Counted from the stretch's first letter, positions 1 to 10,178 are shown. The stretch is DNA of 64,000 nt from Syntrophaceae bacterium (GCA_003142535.1 PLMQ01000053.1:16435-80434), one strand, 5' to 3'. The notes: a model not told the origin generated them from the sequence alone. Numbers and translations are program-made.

Positions 1-1
1 A

Positions 2-595
2 AACCTCGGGATCAGCAAATCATATGCCGCGTATATAGCCTTCCTCGATTCAGATGATTCGTGGGTTAGCAATAAATTAGAAATCCAAATGAAACTGATG
101 GCGGAAAATAAAATTGATTTGCTAGGAAGCAATATTAACATTGTAAAGACAAACGGAAGAATAATCCGAAAATATTTTGCTAAGAGTCAGTTGGAATATA
201 TTTCATTTTATCAATTACTTTTTAAACATTATTTTTGCACTTCAAGTGTAGTTATACGTAAAAAAGTTTTAGGCGATATAGGAGGATTTCCTGAAAAGCA
301 GAAATACGCAGAAGACACCCTATTATTTGCTAGAATAACTAGAAAGTATAAATCAGCAGTGAGCAAGGACTTTTTAGTAAATACATACAAACCCTTATTT
401 GGAGAATCCGGGCTATCTGGAAACCTTAAAGAAACTAATAGGTATGTACTTAAAAATATCAAGACTTTAAGAAAGGAAAATATTCATAGCTCCCCCAAAA
501 TAGGATATGTTTTTTATGTCTTGGCATTAATATTTTCACAGATAAGGTACTTCAGGAAAATTGCAATTTCATTGCTGAGAAAAGTATTGAAATAA
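2..595 (+). CDS. Glycosyltransferase family 2, 5'-truncated by the window edge
   Basis: The frame is open from nt 2 (NLGISKSYAAYIAFLDSDDSWVSNK) into the 89..595 ORF. FLDSDD is a GT-A DxD region. The gene lies in a run of sugar-modifying genes. Confidence 0.7.
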   Translation, partial: NLGISKSYAAYIAFLDSDDSWVSNKLEIQMKLMAENKIDLLGSNINIVKTNGRIIRKYFAKSQLEYISFYQLLFKHYFCTSSVVIRKKVLGDIGGFPEKQKYAEDTLLFARITRKYKSAVSKDFLVNTYKPLFGESGLSGNLKETNRYVLKNIKTLRKENIHSSPKIGYVFYVLALIFSQIRYFRKIAISLLRKVLK

Positions 596-597
596 TA

Positions 598-1740
598 GTG
601 TGTGGAATAGTTGGCGATTCTTATATGAATAAAAAGCGCATAGTTTTTATATTACAAGGTGGAAAAGGCGGAACGCAAGAATACATAAAAATGCTATTAA
701 AGTACCTGAATAGAAATAAATATGAGATTACTGTGATCTGCCATGGAGAAACATATGAAGAGTTAAAAAAACTTGGATGCAATGTGCACTATGTAGAAAT
801 GGTAAGAAACATATCAATTTTGAAAGATTTGATATCTCTAAAAAATATACTGTCTTATTTAAAAAACAATAAAATCGATATAGTTTACTCTCATAGTTCA
901 AAAGGAGGAGTTCTTGGCAGAATAGCCGCGGGGCTTTTGAGAATTACCAATTTATACAACCCTCATGGTTGGTCTTTTAATATGAAGATTAGTAACAGAA
1001 AAAAGTTTTCTTATGCTTTAGTCGAAAAGATTGTTTCAAAATTTGCGGATAAAATTATTATGATATCCGAGGCAGAATACAACGACGCGCTTTTAAGAGG
1101 TATCATAAGTAAAAAAAAGTTGGTTCTTATCACCAACGGTATAGATTTGGAAAGATATAATAGAAAAAGTGATGATAATTTTAAGCAAAGTTTAAATATA
1201 CCAAAAGATTTTAAAGTAGTGGGCATGCTAGGACGTTTTACTGAACAAAAATCTCCACAAACGTTTATTGAAATTGCCAAGATTGTTACCGATTCATATC
1301 CAAAGTGTAAATTTATTTTGATTGGTGATGGTGAGCTAAAAAATACTCTAGAAAAAATGATATCGAAATTAAATCTGGGGGAAAAACTTATGCTTGTTGG
1401 TTGGGTAAATGATCCCGAAAAATATATTTCCATAATGGATGTCGGTGTTTTGACTTCAAAATGGGAAGGCTTCGGCTTGGTTTTAGCGGAAATGATGGCC
1501 AGTGGTAAATCCGTTGTCGCGTCTGAAGTCGATGGCATTCCTTTCGTTGTAAGAAACAGTGTTGACGGATTCTTATGCAAGCCCGATGACGTGAAAGAAT
1601 TTGCCGGGTATGTTTTAAGGCTCTTAAATGAAGATGATTTATATAAAACTATGAGCGAATCGGCATATAATCATGCCCGTGAGAAATTTGATTTGAAACG
1701 AGTTATCCGGCAGCATGAAACAATATTTGATTTATTTTAA
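598..1740 (+). CDS. Glycosyltransferase family 4 (GT-B, group 1)
   Basis: C-terminal WEGFGLVLAEMMASGKSVVAS region typical of GT4 (E-x7-E). The start may be the ATG at 625 (MNKKRIVFIL). Confidence 0.8.
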   Translation: MCGIVGDSYMNKKRIVFILQGGKGGTQEYIKMLLKYLNRNKYEITVICHGETYEELKKLGCNVHYVEMVRNISILKDLISLKNILSYLKNNKIDIVYSHSSKGGVLGRIAAGLLRITNLYNPHGWSFNMKISNRKKFSYALVEKIVSKFADKIIMISEAEYNDALLRGIISKKKLVLITNGIDLERYNRKSDDNFKQSLNIPKDFKVVGMLGRFTEQKSPQTFIEIAKIVTDSYPKCKFILIGDGELKNTLEKMISKLNLGEKLMLVGWVNDPEKYISIMDVGVLTSKWEGFGLVLAEMMASGKSVVASEVDGIPFVVRNSVDGFLCKPDDVKEFAGYVLRLLNEDDLYKTMSESAYNHAREKFDLKRVIRQHETIFDLF

Positions 1741-1767
1741 TTAGACAAAAAGTTTAATGGCAAAACC

Positions 1768-2619
1768 ATGTACTACAAATCTTCACATTTAATTTCTACT
1801 ATCGTTGTCGTTTTCAATGGAGCCAAAACGTTACAACAATGTATAGACAGTATTGTGCAGCAAACTTATCCAAGCAAAGAGCTAATTATTATTGATGGTG
1901 GCTCCAAAGACGGAACGGTCGATTTACTTAAAGCAAATTGCGAGCAGATCAGCTACTGGATTTCTGAGCCAGATCGTGGCATCTACAACGCATTCAATAA
2001 AGGGTTAGCGCAAGCTAAAGGTGAGTGGATTTGCTTTCTGGGAGCGGACGATTATTTTTGGGATTCAAATGTATTAGAACGGATGTCGGAGCATCTGGAA
2101 AGACTTCCGTCCAGTATTCGTGTAGCCTATGGCCAGGTCATGATAGTTAATCCTGAAGGAGAAAAAATATGTTTACTTGGTGAGCCGTGGAAAAAGAAAG
2201 GGGACCGATTTATGCAGATCATTTTGTTTATGCCACATCAAGGTGTTATGCATCGGCGCAGCTTGTTCGAACAGCACGGCCAATTTGATGAGTCATTCCA
2301 AATCACTGGCGATAACGAATTACTGCTGCGTGAATTGAAAACGGCGGATCCCTTTTTCATTCCTGGCATCATTATAACCGCCATGCAGCAAGGCGGTATT
2401 AGTAGCGAACCTGCTAGTTCCTTGCTAGTAATGCGTGAGACCATGTATGCAGCTACGATGCATAATCAACGTTTGCCCAGATGGTATTGGTTGATGGCGA
2501 TGGCGAAGGCATACATAAAGTTGCTTTTGAGGGGGGTAGTTGGGGAACGATTGGTGATGAAATTATTAAATATTTACAGTCGCGTCAAGAGGATCCGGCC
2601 ATTTGGGAAAAGAACATGA
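1768..2619 (+). CDS. Glycosyltransferase family 2
   Basis: STIVVVFNGAKTLQQCIDSIVQQTY..LIIIDGGSKDGT and FLGADD motifs of GT-A fold enzymes. Confidence 0.8.
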   Translation: MYYKSSHLISTIVVVFNGAKTLQQCIDSIVQQTYPSKELIIIDGGSKDGTVDLLKANCEQISYWISEPDRGIYNAFNKGLAQAKGEWICFLGADDYFWDSNVLERMSEHLERLPSSIRVAYGQVMIVNPEGEKICLLGEPWKKKGDRFMQIILFMPHQGVMHRRSLFEQHGQFDESFQITGDNELLLRELKTADPFFIPGIIITAMQQGGISSEPASSLLVMRETMYAATMHNQRLPRWYWLMAMAKAYIKLLLRGVVGERLVMKLLNIYSRVKRIRPFGKRT

Positions 2620-2814
2620 TGTAATTTTAAGGCAATTACCCGATGGGTGCATGTAGTTTCCTTATGTGTTGCACGTGGCGCAGGGCCAAAGGAGGCAAAA
2701 CTTTTCCAAAAAATCAAATTGTGGAAAGATGGAAAGGCCGGGAAAGCAAGATAGGGAAAATATGCTGCGTGTAATATCTTATGACAATCGATTTAATCAT
2801 AAGAGATAAATAGA

Positions 2815-3951
2815 ATGAAAAAATTATTATTTATATTTGGTACCCGCCCCGAAGCCATTAAAATGTTGCCGATTGTTATCTTTGCACGTCAAAATTATGC
2901 AGATAAATTTGTAGTGAAAACTTGCGTGACTGGGCAACATCGTGAAATGTTGGATCAAGTTTTAGAACTTTTTGACATTACCCCTGATTATGATCTGGAT
3001 ATTATGGCGCATGGGCAGGATCTGTATGATGTGACAGCCAAGGCATTATTAGGGTTACGCCCGGTATTGGCTGAATATAAGCCGGATTGCGTTTTAGTTC
3101 ATGGTGACACTACCACAACATTAGCAGCCAGTTTAGCCGCATATTATCAACGAATTCCAGTTGCCCACGTAGAAGCAGGGTTGCGGACTCATAATATTTA
3201 TAGCCCATGGCCAGAGGAGATTAACCGTACAGTTGCTAGCTGTGTTGCCGAATTTCATTTTGCACCAACCGAAGTTAGTAAAGCCAATCTTAACCGTGAA
3301 AATATTACTAAAAATGTTGTAGTAGTAGGTAATTCAGTAATTGATTCTTTATTGTGGATAGTCGATAAAATAAAGCATGATGATAAATTAAATAGGAAAT
3401 TAACCCAGCAATTTGAAGCTAAAGGCTTGGATTTCAGTAAACAAACTATTTTAATTACCGGCCATCGCAGGGAAAACTTTGGCGATGGTTTTGTTAGTAT
3501 TTGTCAGGCAATTAAAGAAATTGCACTGTCTCATCCTAAAGTGCAGCTGGTCTATCCGGTACACCTAAACCCTAATGTACAAAAACCAGTTTATGAAATT
3601 TTGTCAGGTCTTTCCAATATCCATTTAATAGAGCCGCAGGATTATTTGCCTTTTGTATTCTTAATGCAAAAGGCCTATACTATTTTAACCGATTCAGGTG
3701 GGATACAGGAAGAAGCGCCAAGTCTTAAAAAGCCAGTTTTAGTTATGCGTGATACCACTGAGAGACCTGAGGCAGTCAGTGAAGGCACTGTCAAACTGGT
3801 TGGCACTAATAAGGAATTAATTGTTTCATCGGTTAAAGAATTATTGGCGGGCGGCGAAATGTATCAGTCAATGACCGGAGCTAAAAACCCTTATGGTGAT
3901 GGAACAACATCACAATTAATTTTGAATTACCTATCGCAGAAATTAATCTGA
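2815..3951 (+). CDS. wecB: UDP-N-acetylglucosamine 2-epimerase (non-hydrolysing)
   Basis: [18 protein letters not shown] and [10 protein letters not shown] signature stretches. Length is 378 aa. Confidence 0.9.
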   Translation: MKKLLFIFGTRPEAIKMLPIVIFARQNYADKFVVKTCVTGQHREMLDQVLELFDITPDYDLDIMAHGQDLYDVTAKALLGLRPVLAEYKPDCVLVHGDTTTTLAASLAAYYQRIPVAHVEAGLRTHNIYSPWPEEINRTVASCVAEFHFAPTEVSKANLNRENITKNVVVVGNSVIDSLLWIVDKIKHDDKLNRKLTQQFEAKGLDFSKQTILITGHRRENFGDGFVSICQAIKEIALSHPKVQLVYPVHLNPNVQKPVYEILSGLSNIHLIEPQDYLPFVFLMQKAYTILTDSGGIQEEAPSLKKPVLVMRDTTERPEAVSEGTVKLVGTNKELIVSSVKELLAGGEMYQSMTGAKNPYGDGTTSQLILNYLSQKLI

Positions 3952-3956
3952 TTCTT

Positions 3957-5147
3957 ATGCAAAAAATACTTAATTATTCAAAAGTGCTTTACTATAGTGC
4001 GCGCAGAAACGGCATAAAAAAAACATTTGGGAAATTATTTGCCGAATATAATCCATGCGTGCAGCGAAAATACAAGATTCAGTATGAACAATTTGTGAAA
4101 AGTATATCTGCAAATACCAAAATAGCTATTTTGTTTACAGGCGTTCTTTATGAAAAAGATATGAATCAACGTTCGATTAATTGTGCTAAATATCTTGTTT
4201 CTAAAGGATATACTGTGTTGTTTATACTCTGGCGATGGTCGCCCAACCATGTGGTAGATGATGCATTTAATGAGGTAGATCGAAGGACATTTTGCATTCC
4301 TCTTTATTCGCTGGATTTATCGCAATTAACTTTTGTAGAAGAGATTATTGGAGTTTGTAATGTGGTAAATCCAGTGCTAACAGAACTAATCCAGCAAATT
4401 AAGCAACTTGGTGGAAAAACATTTTATGATATTCACGATGATTGGGAAGGGTTTAAGCGCGTTGGTTTTGCTGATTGGTATTCCGGGCTGGCAGATGAAG
4501 AGCAACTGATAAAAATTACGGATAGGGTATCTGCCGTCACCAAATCACTTGCAGACAAATTTAAAGAGGTGCGCAAGGATATTATAGTCAGCCCGAATGG
4601 TTTTAGTATTGATGTAGTCGGTAAGCACAATCGTAATATTATTCGGCCAATTAAGGATGAAATAGTAATTGGTTATTTTGGACATCTCACGTCTAAGTGG
4701 ATTAACTGGCCGTTTGTCTTTAATTTGGCTAAAATCAATAAAGTTAGAGTGGAAATAATTGGTATTGGAGAATTGCCGCCATTAGTTGCAGAGTTTGAAC
4801 GTCATGGAATTATGTTTCATGGGAAAATTCCTGCTAATGAATTATATCTTTATGCTAAGAATTGGCACTTCGGTTTAGTGCCGTTTATTACCAGTCAGAT
4901 ATCGGTTGCCGCAGATCCGGTTAAAATTTATGAATATCTCTATTATGGTTTGACTTGTCTGGTAACTGGACTTCCTCATTTACAAGGCTGTCCCAATACT
5001 TTATATTTTAACGACACTGATGAGTTAAGTTATAAATATTTAGCCGATAATCATAATTTTTCAAACAGTGAATGCGTTGATAAGTTTCTCGAAACGAATG
5101 CTTGGGATAAACAATTTGACAAACTATTTGTAATGTCCAAAGATTAA
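3957..5147 (+). CDS. Hypothetical protein, possibly a GT-B type glycosyltransferase
   Basis: Long ORF 6 nt after wecB. The C-terminal FGLVPF..DPVKIYEYLYYGL weakly resembles a GT-B nucleotide-sugar binding region. No firm motif. Confidence 0.4.
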   Translation: MQKILNYSKVLYYSARRNGIKKTFGKLFAEYNPCVQRKYKIQYEQFVKSISANTKIAILFTGVLYEKDMNQRSINCAKYLVSKGYTVLFILWRWSPNHVVDDAFNEVDRRTFCIPLYSLDLSQLTFVEEIIGVCNVVNPVLTELIQQIKQLGGKTFYDIHDDWEGFKRVGFADWYSGLADEEQLIKITDRVSAVTKSLADKFKEVRKDIIVSPNGFSIDVVGKHNRNIIRPIKDEIVIGYFGHLTSKWINWPFVFNLAKINKVRVEIIGIGELPPLVAEFERHGIMFHGKIPANELYLYAKNWHFGLVPFITSQISVAADPVKIYEYLYYGLTCLVTGLPHLQGCPNTLYFNDTDELSYKYLADNHNFSNSECVDKFLETNAWDKQFDKLFVMSKD

Positions 5148-5461
5148 CTTAATTATTTTAAATAAAAGCTCAAAAGAAAAATTATTCAGGAAGTATTGGT
5201 AAAATAAGACCCCGTTGTTTACGCATTAAGCCCAAATAGTCAGCCATATTTTTCTTTCATCGACAGGATTAGCGAACCAATAGGATATTTTATCTTCAAA
5301 AAGATATTCCGCTCATGTGAATCGCCATACACCATATACAATCATTTTTATCTTGACAGGAGATGCCCTTCATTATTATTGAGCAGACTGAACATAACGT
5401 TCACAAATAAAGAAGTTTAACTTTCGCAAGTGCGAATGTGAAGTTAATAAGGTGGACTCTT

Positions 5462-6436
5462 ATGATTCTCATTACCGGTGGTGCTGGTTATATCGGTTCC
5501 CATGCCAATAAAGTCCTCAATAAAAGAGGCTACGAAACGGTCGTCTATGATAATCTGAGCCTCGGCCACAGGGAGTTTGTCAAGTGGGGCCATTTTGTTA
5601 TGGGAGATTTGGCGGATAAAGATCGGTTGCGTTTCTGTTTCCAGACTTACCCGATTGAAGCGGTTATGCATTATTGCGCGTTTTGTTACGTAGGAGAGTC
5701 TGTTGATCATCCTTCCGAATATTATCGCAACAATGTCGCCAATACACTGAATCTTCTTGACGTCATGGTTGAATACGGAGTGAAATATTTTATTTTTTCT
5801 TCCACCTGTTCCACGTATGGCAATCCCCTACAAATTCCGCTGACAGAAGATCATCCTCAACAGCCAATCAATCCATATGGTAAATCCAAACTGATGGTTG
5901 AACAAATCCTGAAAGATTATGATAAAGCTTATAGCATCCGCCATGTTTGCCTTCGCTATTTCAACGCTGCCGGGGCAGATCCGGAGGGTGAGATTGGTGA
6001 ATGGCATGAACCGGAACCGCATTTGATTCCTTTAGTGTTAAAGGTAGCGGCAGGGCAGAGTGAGCATATTCAAATTTATGGAACGGATTATGAGACTCCG
6101 GATGGCACATGTGTCCGTGATTACATCCACATCAACGACTTAGCGGCAGGCCATCTTTTGGCCCTTGAATATCTTCAGGGTGGCGCTTCTTCAGACGCTT
6201 TTAATCTTGGCAATGGGAACGGGTTTTCCGTTAGAGAAGTAATCCATGCGGCTGGGCGAGTTACTGGTAAATCCATCAAAGTTATGGAGATGGAAAGGCG
6301 CCATGGTGATCCTCCAATACTCGTCGGAAGCTCAGATAAGGCGAGGCAGATTCTGAACTGGCAGCCCGAATATCCAGATATAGATGAAATTATCAAAACG
6401 GCCTGGCTCTGGCATTTATCAAGAAATAGCGGCTAG
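5462..6436 (+). CDS. galE: UDP-glucose 4-epimerase
   Basis: MILITGGAGYIGSH Rossmann start and YGKSK catalytic motif. TAAGGTGG lies 7 nt upstream of ATG 5462; the ORF-track start at 5438 is less likely. Confidence 0.9.
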   Translation: MILITGGAGYIGSHANKVLNKRGYETVVYDNLSLGHREFVKWGHFVMGDLADKDRLRFCFQTYPIEAVMHYCAFCYVGESVDHPSEYYRNNVANTLNLLDVMVEYGVKYFIFSSTCSTYGNPLQIPLTEDHPQQPINPYGKSKLMVEQILKDYDKAYSIRHVCLRYFNAAGADPEGEIGEWHEPEPHLIPLVLKVAAGQSEHIQIYGTDYETPDGTCVRDYIHINDLAAGHLLALEYLQGGASSDAFNLGNGNGFSVREVIHAAGRVTGKSIKVMEMERRHGDPPILVGSSDKARQILNWQPEYPDIDEIIKTAWLWHLSRNSG

Positions 6437-6480
6437 GAAATATTTTGTAATGTAACAAGAGATAGCTTCCGTTTTTTCTC

Positions 6481-7902
6481 CTACCGCGCACCTTCTTTTT
6501 TTAACACAACGGATATCGTTTTTAAAAGGATGACGATATCCAGCCATAGGTTCCAGTTCCTGACATACCATGCGTCGAGAGTCAGGCGTTGTTCATGGGA
6601 GGAATCGCTCCTGCCGCTCACTTGCCATAATCCTGTTATACCCGGCTGCACGCAATTGATCGTTTCGCTGTACTCTTTAAGCCAGCCCCACTCACGCGGG
6701 ACGTAAGGACGGGGGCCTACAAGACTCATTTCTCCTTTTAGAATATTGAGTATCTGGGGTATTTCATCTAAAGAAGTCTTTCGCAAAAACATTCCGAAGG
6801 AAGTAATCCGCGGATCATTTTTCAGTTTCCAGTAAGTTTCCCATTCTTTTTTGGCCTCAGGATCATTGGAGAGGATTACTTTCAGCCGTTCGTCCGCATC
6901 ATGATACATAGTCCTGAATTTGAAGCAAATGAATGACCTGCAGTTTTTGCCGATACGTTCCTGTTTGAGAATAGCAGGCCCTGTGGAAGTCATCCTGATC
7001 AAAAGAGAAATAATTCCGATGGGGATAATGAGCAGAATAAAAAAGACAAGGCCGAACACATAATCGAAAAATCGTTTGGTATAATAATTAAGCGGCTGTG
7101 CCAGGTTGTTCTTGATTTCAAGGGAAAATGCCTGATCTTGAAAAAAGTGACGGAGTTCGGTACCCATAACCGCTATCCCAGCCAAATCGGGAAAGTAGAG
7201 GATGCTTGTTGCCTTATGTTGAAGATGATTGACTAAATGAGAGAGTTGCTCTTTATCAAATTGCGGTAGTGCAATCACCACATCCTGGATGTCACAATTT
7301 TTGAGGTAGCGCTCTACGCATTCTATGCCCGCATGTGCTTTAACCCCTTCGATGCGCTGTTTCTTTGTTGTAGCGTCATCATCGACAAAGCCGATGACCC
7401 GGTATCCAAGATTTTTCTCTCTACGCAGGGCATTGAGTGCGAGACGTCCCGTATTGTTTGCGCCGAGAATAAGAACATTGCTGGTAAGAATACCTGACCT
7501 GACAAGCCCGCGTTTCACCGTTGTTCTCAATAAAGGGAATATAAAAAGTGATAACAATCCAATAAGGATTATAACCGTTCTCGATACGGTATTGCCCATC
7601 TTACTGAGAAAAAATACAGCAAGGATTGCGAGCGTTGAAAAAAGAGCAACCTTCCAGAGCATCTTGACTTCATCCCAGAACGTAAATTTTCTGGTATATG
7701 CCCCTTCGTACGTCAGGATCGCTAGCCATATCGGAAAAAACCACCAGCCGTAATTGATATTTATCGAAAGCTCGGGAAGTCCGGGGATAATAGCGGAAAG
7801 AAAATCCCGAATGACAACGGAAAGAAAGGCTATAAAAAAAAGAATGACAAGGTCTGATAAAAACAGTATGAATATTGCTAATATTTGTCTGTATGAACGC
7901 AT
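6481..7902 (-). CDS. Polyprenyl-phosphate sugar-phosphate transferase (WbaP/exopolysaccharide priming type)
   Basis: N-terminal TM segments, central VLILGANNTG Rossmann-like region, and a C-terminal bacterial sugar-transferase block (FKFRTM..DEIPQILNILKGEMSLVGPRP). Confidence 0.85.
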   Translation of the reverse strand: MRSYRQILAIFILFLSDLVILFFIAFLSVVIRDFLSAIIPGLPELSININYGWWFFPIWLAILTYEGAYTRKFTFWDEVKMLWKVALFSTLAILAVFFLSKMGNTVSRTVIILIGLLSLFIFPLLRTTVKRGLVRSGILTSNVLILGANNTGRLALNALRREKNLGYRVIGFVDDDATTKKQRIEGVKAHAGIECVERYLKNCDIQDVVIALPQFDKEQLSHLVNHLQHKATSILYFPDLAGIAVMGTELRHFFQDQAFSLEIKNNLAQPLNYYTKRFFDYVFGLVFFILLIIPIGIISLLIRMTSTGPAILKQERIGKNCRSFICFKFRTMYHDADERLKVILSNDPEAKKEWETYWKLKNDPRITSFGMFLRKTSLDEIPQILNILKGEMSLVGPRPYVPREWGWLKEYSETINCVQPGITGLWQVSGRSDSSHEQRLTLDAWYVRNWNLWLDIVILLKTISVVLKKEGAR

Positions 7903-8196
7903 TGATAAATCCTTTTAAACAGTCTGATAGGAAGTGCAATCTTATAAAGACATTTTAATGTGAATTGATATCATCAGCCAGTAAAAAAAACAAGTCATGT
8001 AATCGTAAACGGAGTGTATTTTGTGGCGTAGGTGAAGTATCTAGAAAGGATCATCAATAAAAGTGGGACAATTAATAATTTGTGATTATGACAAATATAA
8101 ATACAGTTCTCTTTTGTTCTTTCCGATGCCCGAAAAAAAGTGGAAGATTTAGGAAAATAACAATTCTTTAAAATACTGGTTGCAATAAAGAAATTT

Positions 8197-8895
8197 ATGG
8201 AACTGATTGGCGAAGGCATAAAGAAGGCGTTGGAACTGATTATCAGTTTTGATCCCGAAGTAATGGGAATTACATTTCTCTCGTTAAAAATTTCCGGCCT
8301 GGCTACACTCATTAGTCTGTTCCTCGGCATATCGGCAGGTACAGCCATTGCTCTTATTAACTTTCCCGGTAAAAAAATTGTCATCAGTTTAGTTAATACC
8401 GGTATGGGGCTGCCGCCGGTCGTCGTTGGTCTTTTCGTCACAGTCTTAATCTGGCGCAATGGTCCTCTGGGATTTTTGGAAATTCTCTATACGCCTTCTG
8501 CGATGATTATTGCCCAGGCTATTATTGCCACACCGATAGTTATGGGAATTTCTCTTGCTGCCATTCAGCACTTGCCCGAAAATTTGCGTCTGCAAATTTT
8601 ATCTTTAGGTGCAACACGTCTGCAAATGGTCTGGGTTCTGATTAAAGAAGCGCGGTTGCCGCTTTTGGCTGCGGTAATGGCTGGTTTTGGCGGTGTGATT
8701 TCCGAAGTCGGCGCATCCATTATGGTCGGTGGCAATATCAAAGGATACTCCCGTGTATTAACAACGGCAACGGTCATGGAAACAAGTAAAGGAAATTTTG
8801 ATATTGCTATAGCTTTGGGCATTATTTTATTGCTTCTTGCTTTCTGTGTTAATCTTATTCTTACGCAAATTCAGCAAAGGCAACGCCCGAGATGA
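8197..8895 (+). CDS. ABC transporter permease, tungstate/molybdate-type (TupB-like)
   Basis: Polytopic membrane protein. It overlaps the downstream ATPase by 4 nt. The TupB-like assignment comes from remembered similarity only. Confidence 0.6.
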   Translation: MELIGEGIKKALELIISFDPEVMGITFLSLKISGLATLISLFLGISAGTAIALINFPGKKIVISLVNTGMGLPPVVVGLFVTVLIWRNGPLGFLEILYTPSAMIIAQAIIATPIVMGISLAAIQHLPENLRLQILSLGATRLQMVWVLIKEARLPLLAAVMAGFGGVISEVGASIMVGGNIKGYSRVLTTATVMETSKGNFDIAIALGIILLLLAFCVNLILTQIQQRQRPR

Positions 8896-9980
8896 CAAAT
8901 AATATTTTAATGCAAGTTAATAATCTTGTTCTGGATCGGAGAAGCGTAACCGTTCTTGATATTGAAAAATTAAATGTCACTGCCGGTAAAATCCTGGTTT
9001 TAATCGGTCCCAATGGCGCCGGAAAATCAAGTCTGCTTTTGACGCTGGCTGGATTACTGAAGTTTCAAAAAGGAAGATTAAATTATCAGGGAATATCGAT
9101 TAAATCAGGCAAAGATCGTCTGATGTTAAGGAGAAACTGTTCTGTAGTCTTTCAGGAGTCATTACTACTCGATGAAACAGTTTATAAAAATGTGGCGCTC
9201 GGTCTTAAACTGCGCGGTAAAAATAATAATATAAAAGCGGACGTTGAAGAAGCCCTGTATTATTTCGGGGTAAATAATTTGGCTCAAAGATCAGCAAGAA
9301 ATCTGTCCGGCGGTGAAGCCAAAAGAGTATCTCTGGCACGCGCTTTTGCCCTTAAACCGCAACTGATACTGTTGGATGAGCCATTTAGTTCTCTCGACCC
9401 TCCTACAAATGAAGGGATAATTGATGATTTGCAGCGTATACTGGAAAAAACAAAAATTACCGCAGTAATAGCATCGCATAATCGTGAAGAAACATTGCGA
9501 TTGGCGCACGATGTTGCTGTAATGAATAATGGTAAAATTATTCAGATTGGGACGGCAGCGGAAGTATTCAATCAACCGGTGAACGAATTTGTGGCGGATT
9601 TTGTCGGAGCAGAAACTATTTTAGAAGGTATTGTTAAGAGCAATCATGATGGCATAATGATGATCACCGTCAAAGACAAGACAATAGAAGCAACCGGAAA
9701 CTATGCCGGTGGTGAAAAAGTTTATTGTTGCCTCCGACCGGAGAACATCATGATTAGCCGGGAAATTCAAAATAAATATAGCGCCCGTAATTTCTTTCCC
9801 GCAAAAGTTAAAAAAGTGCATAATCAGGGTATATTTAATAAACTGATTTTAGATTGCGGCTTTCCTCTGGTTGCCTATATTACCAAAAATTCCTGCGAGG
9901 ATTTGAGTTTGCAAGAAGATGATTCTGTTGTTGCTTCTTTTAAGGCTACGGCTGTACATGTAATTCGTCGGGAAAAATAG
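8892..9980 (+). CDS. ABC transporter ATP-binding protein with C-terminal TOBE-like domain
   Basis: Walker A GPNGAGKSS, signature LSGGEAKR, Walker B LILLDEP. A roughly 120 aa C-terminal extension resembles those of molybdate/tungstate/sulfate importer ATPases. Confidence 0.85.
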   Translation: MTNNILMQVNNLVLDRRSVTVLDIEKLNVTAGKILVLIGPNGAGKSSLLLTLAGLLKFQKGRLNYQGISIKSGKDRLMLRRNCSVVFQESLLLDETVYKNVALGLKLRGKNNNIKADVEEALYYFGVNNLAQRSARNLSGGEAKRVSLARAFALKPQLILLDEPFSSLDPPTNEGIIDDLQRILEKTKITAVIASHNREETLRLAHDVAVMNNGKIIQIGTAAEVFNQPVNEFVADFVGAETILEGIVKSNHDGIMMITVKDKTIEATGNYAGGEKVYCCLRPENIMISREIQNKYSARNFFPAKVKKVHNQGIFNKLILDCGFPLVAYITKNSCEDLSLQEDDSVVASFKATAVHVIRREK

Positions 9981-10036
9981 TTTGTTAACCGAATTATCCC
10001 GTATAAGCAGGGGTAAAATACTCGTGATTTATGTTT

Positions 10037-10178
10037 TACCATTCCTAAATCAAAGATGATATTGAGGCGGCAAGAAGGAGGCGACGAGGCGTATAACCTA
10101 AAGGTCACGCGTTGTACATACGTTAAGGAACCCGACGACGCTGCTAACAAAGATAGCGCTTTAATTTAGAATTGGTAT
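10037..10178 (+). repeat. Rep-A element, copy 1 (hairpin element bounded by terminal inverted repeats)
   Basis: TACCATTCCTAAATCAAAG..CTTTAATTTAGAATTGGTAT inverted termini. Internal GAGGCGGCAAGAAGGAGGCGACGAGGCGTA..TACGTTAAGGAACCCGACGACGCTGCTAACAAAGATAGCGC is shared with 4 other loci. Confidence 0.85.

Noticed and set aside
1011-1580. Long antisense ORFs overlapping confident genes (also 7325-7753, 17893-18399, 35638-35958, 48470-49039, 56396-58 and others in the track).
   Set aside because: They are shadow ORFs opposite well-supported genes. They have no motifs or start signals and show low-complexity composition.
5230-5340. A minus-strand mini-ORF MVYGDSHERNIFLKIKYPIGSLILSMKEKYG, considered as a relic of a GDSL/SGNH esterase in the polysaccharide locus.
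   Set aside because: It is only 31 codons, and the GDSH resemblance is too short to support a pseudogene call without a database alignment.
7903-8196. A Moco/tungsten-cofactor riboswitch upstream of the tungstate-type transporter.
   Set aside because: I could not find the conserved CCUCCGAG / GGAAAGG-type core elements. The region is simply AT-rich.
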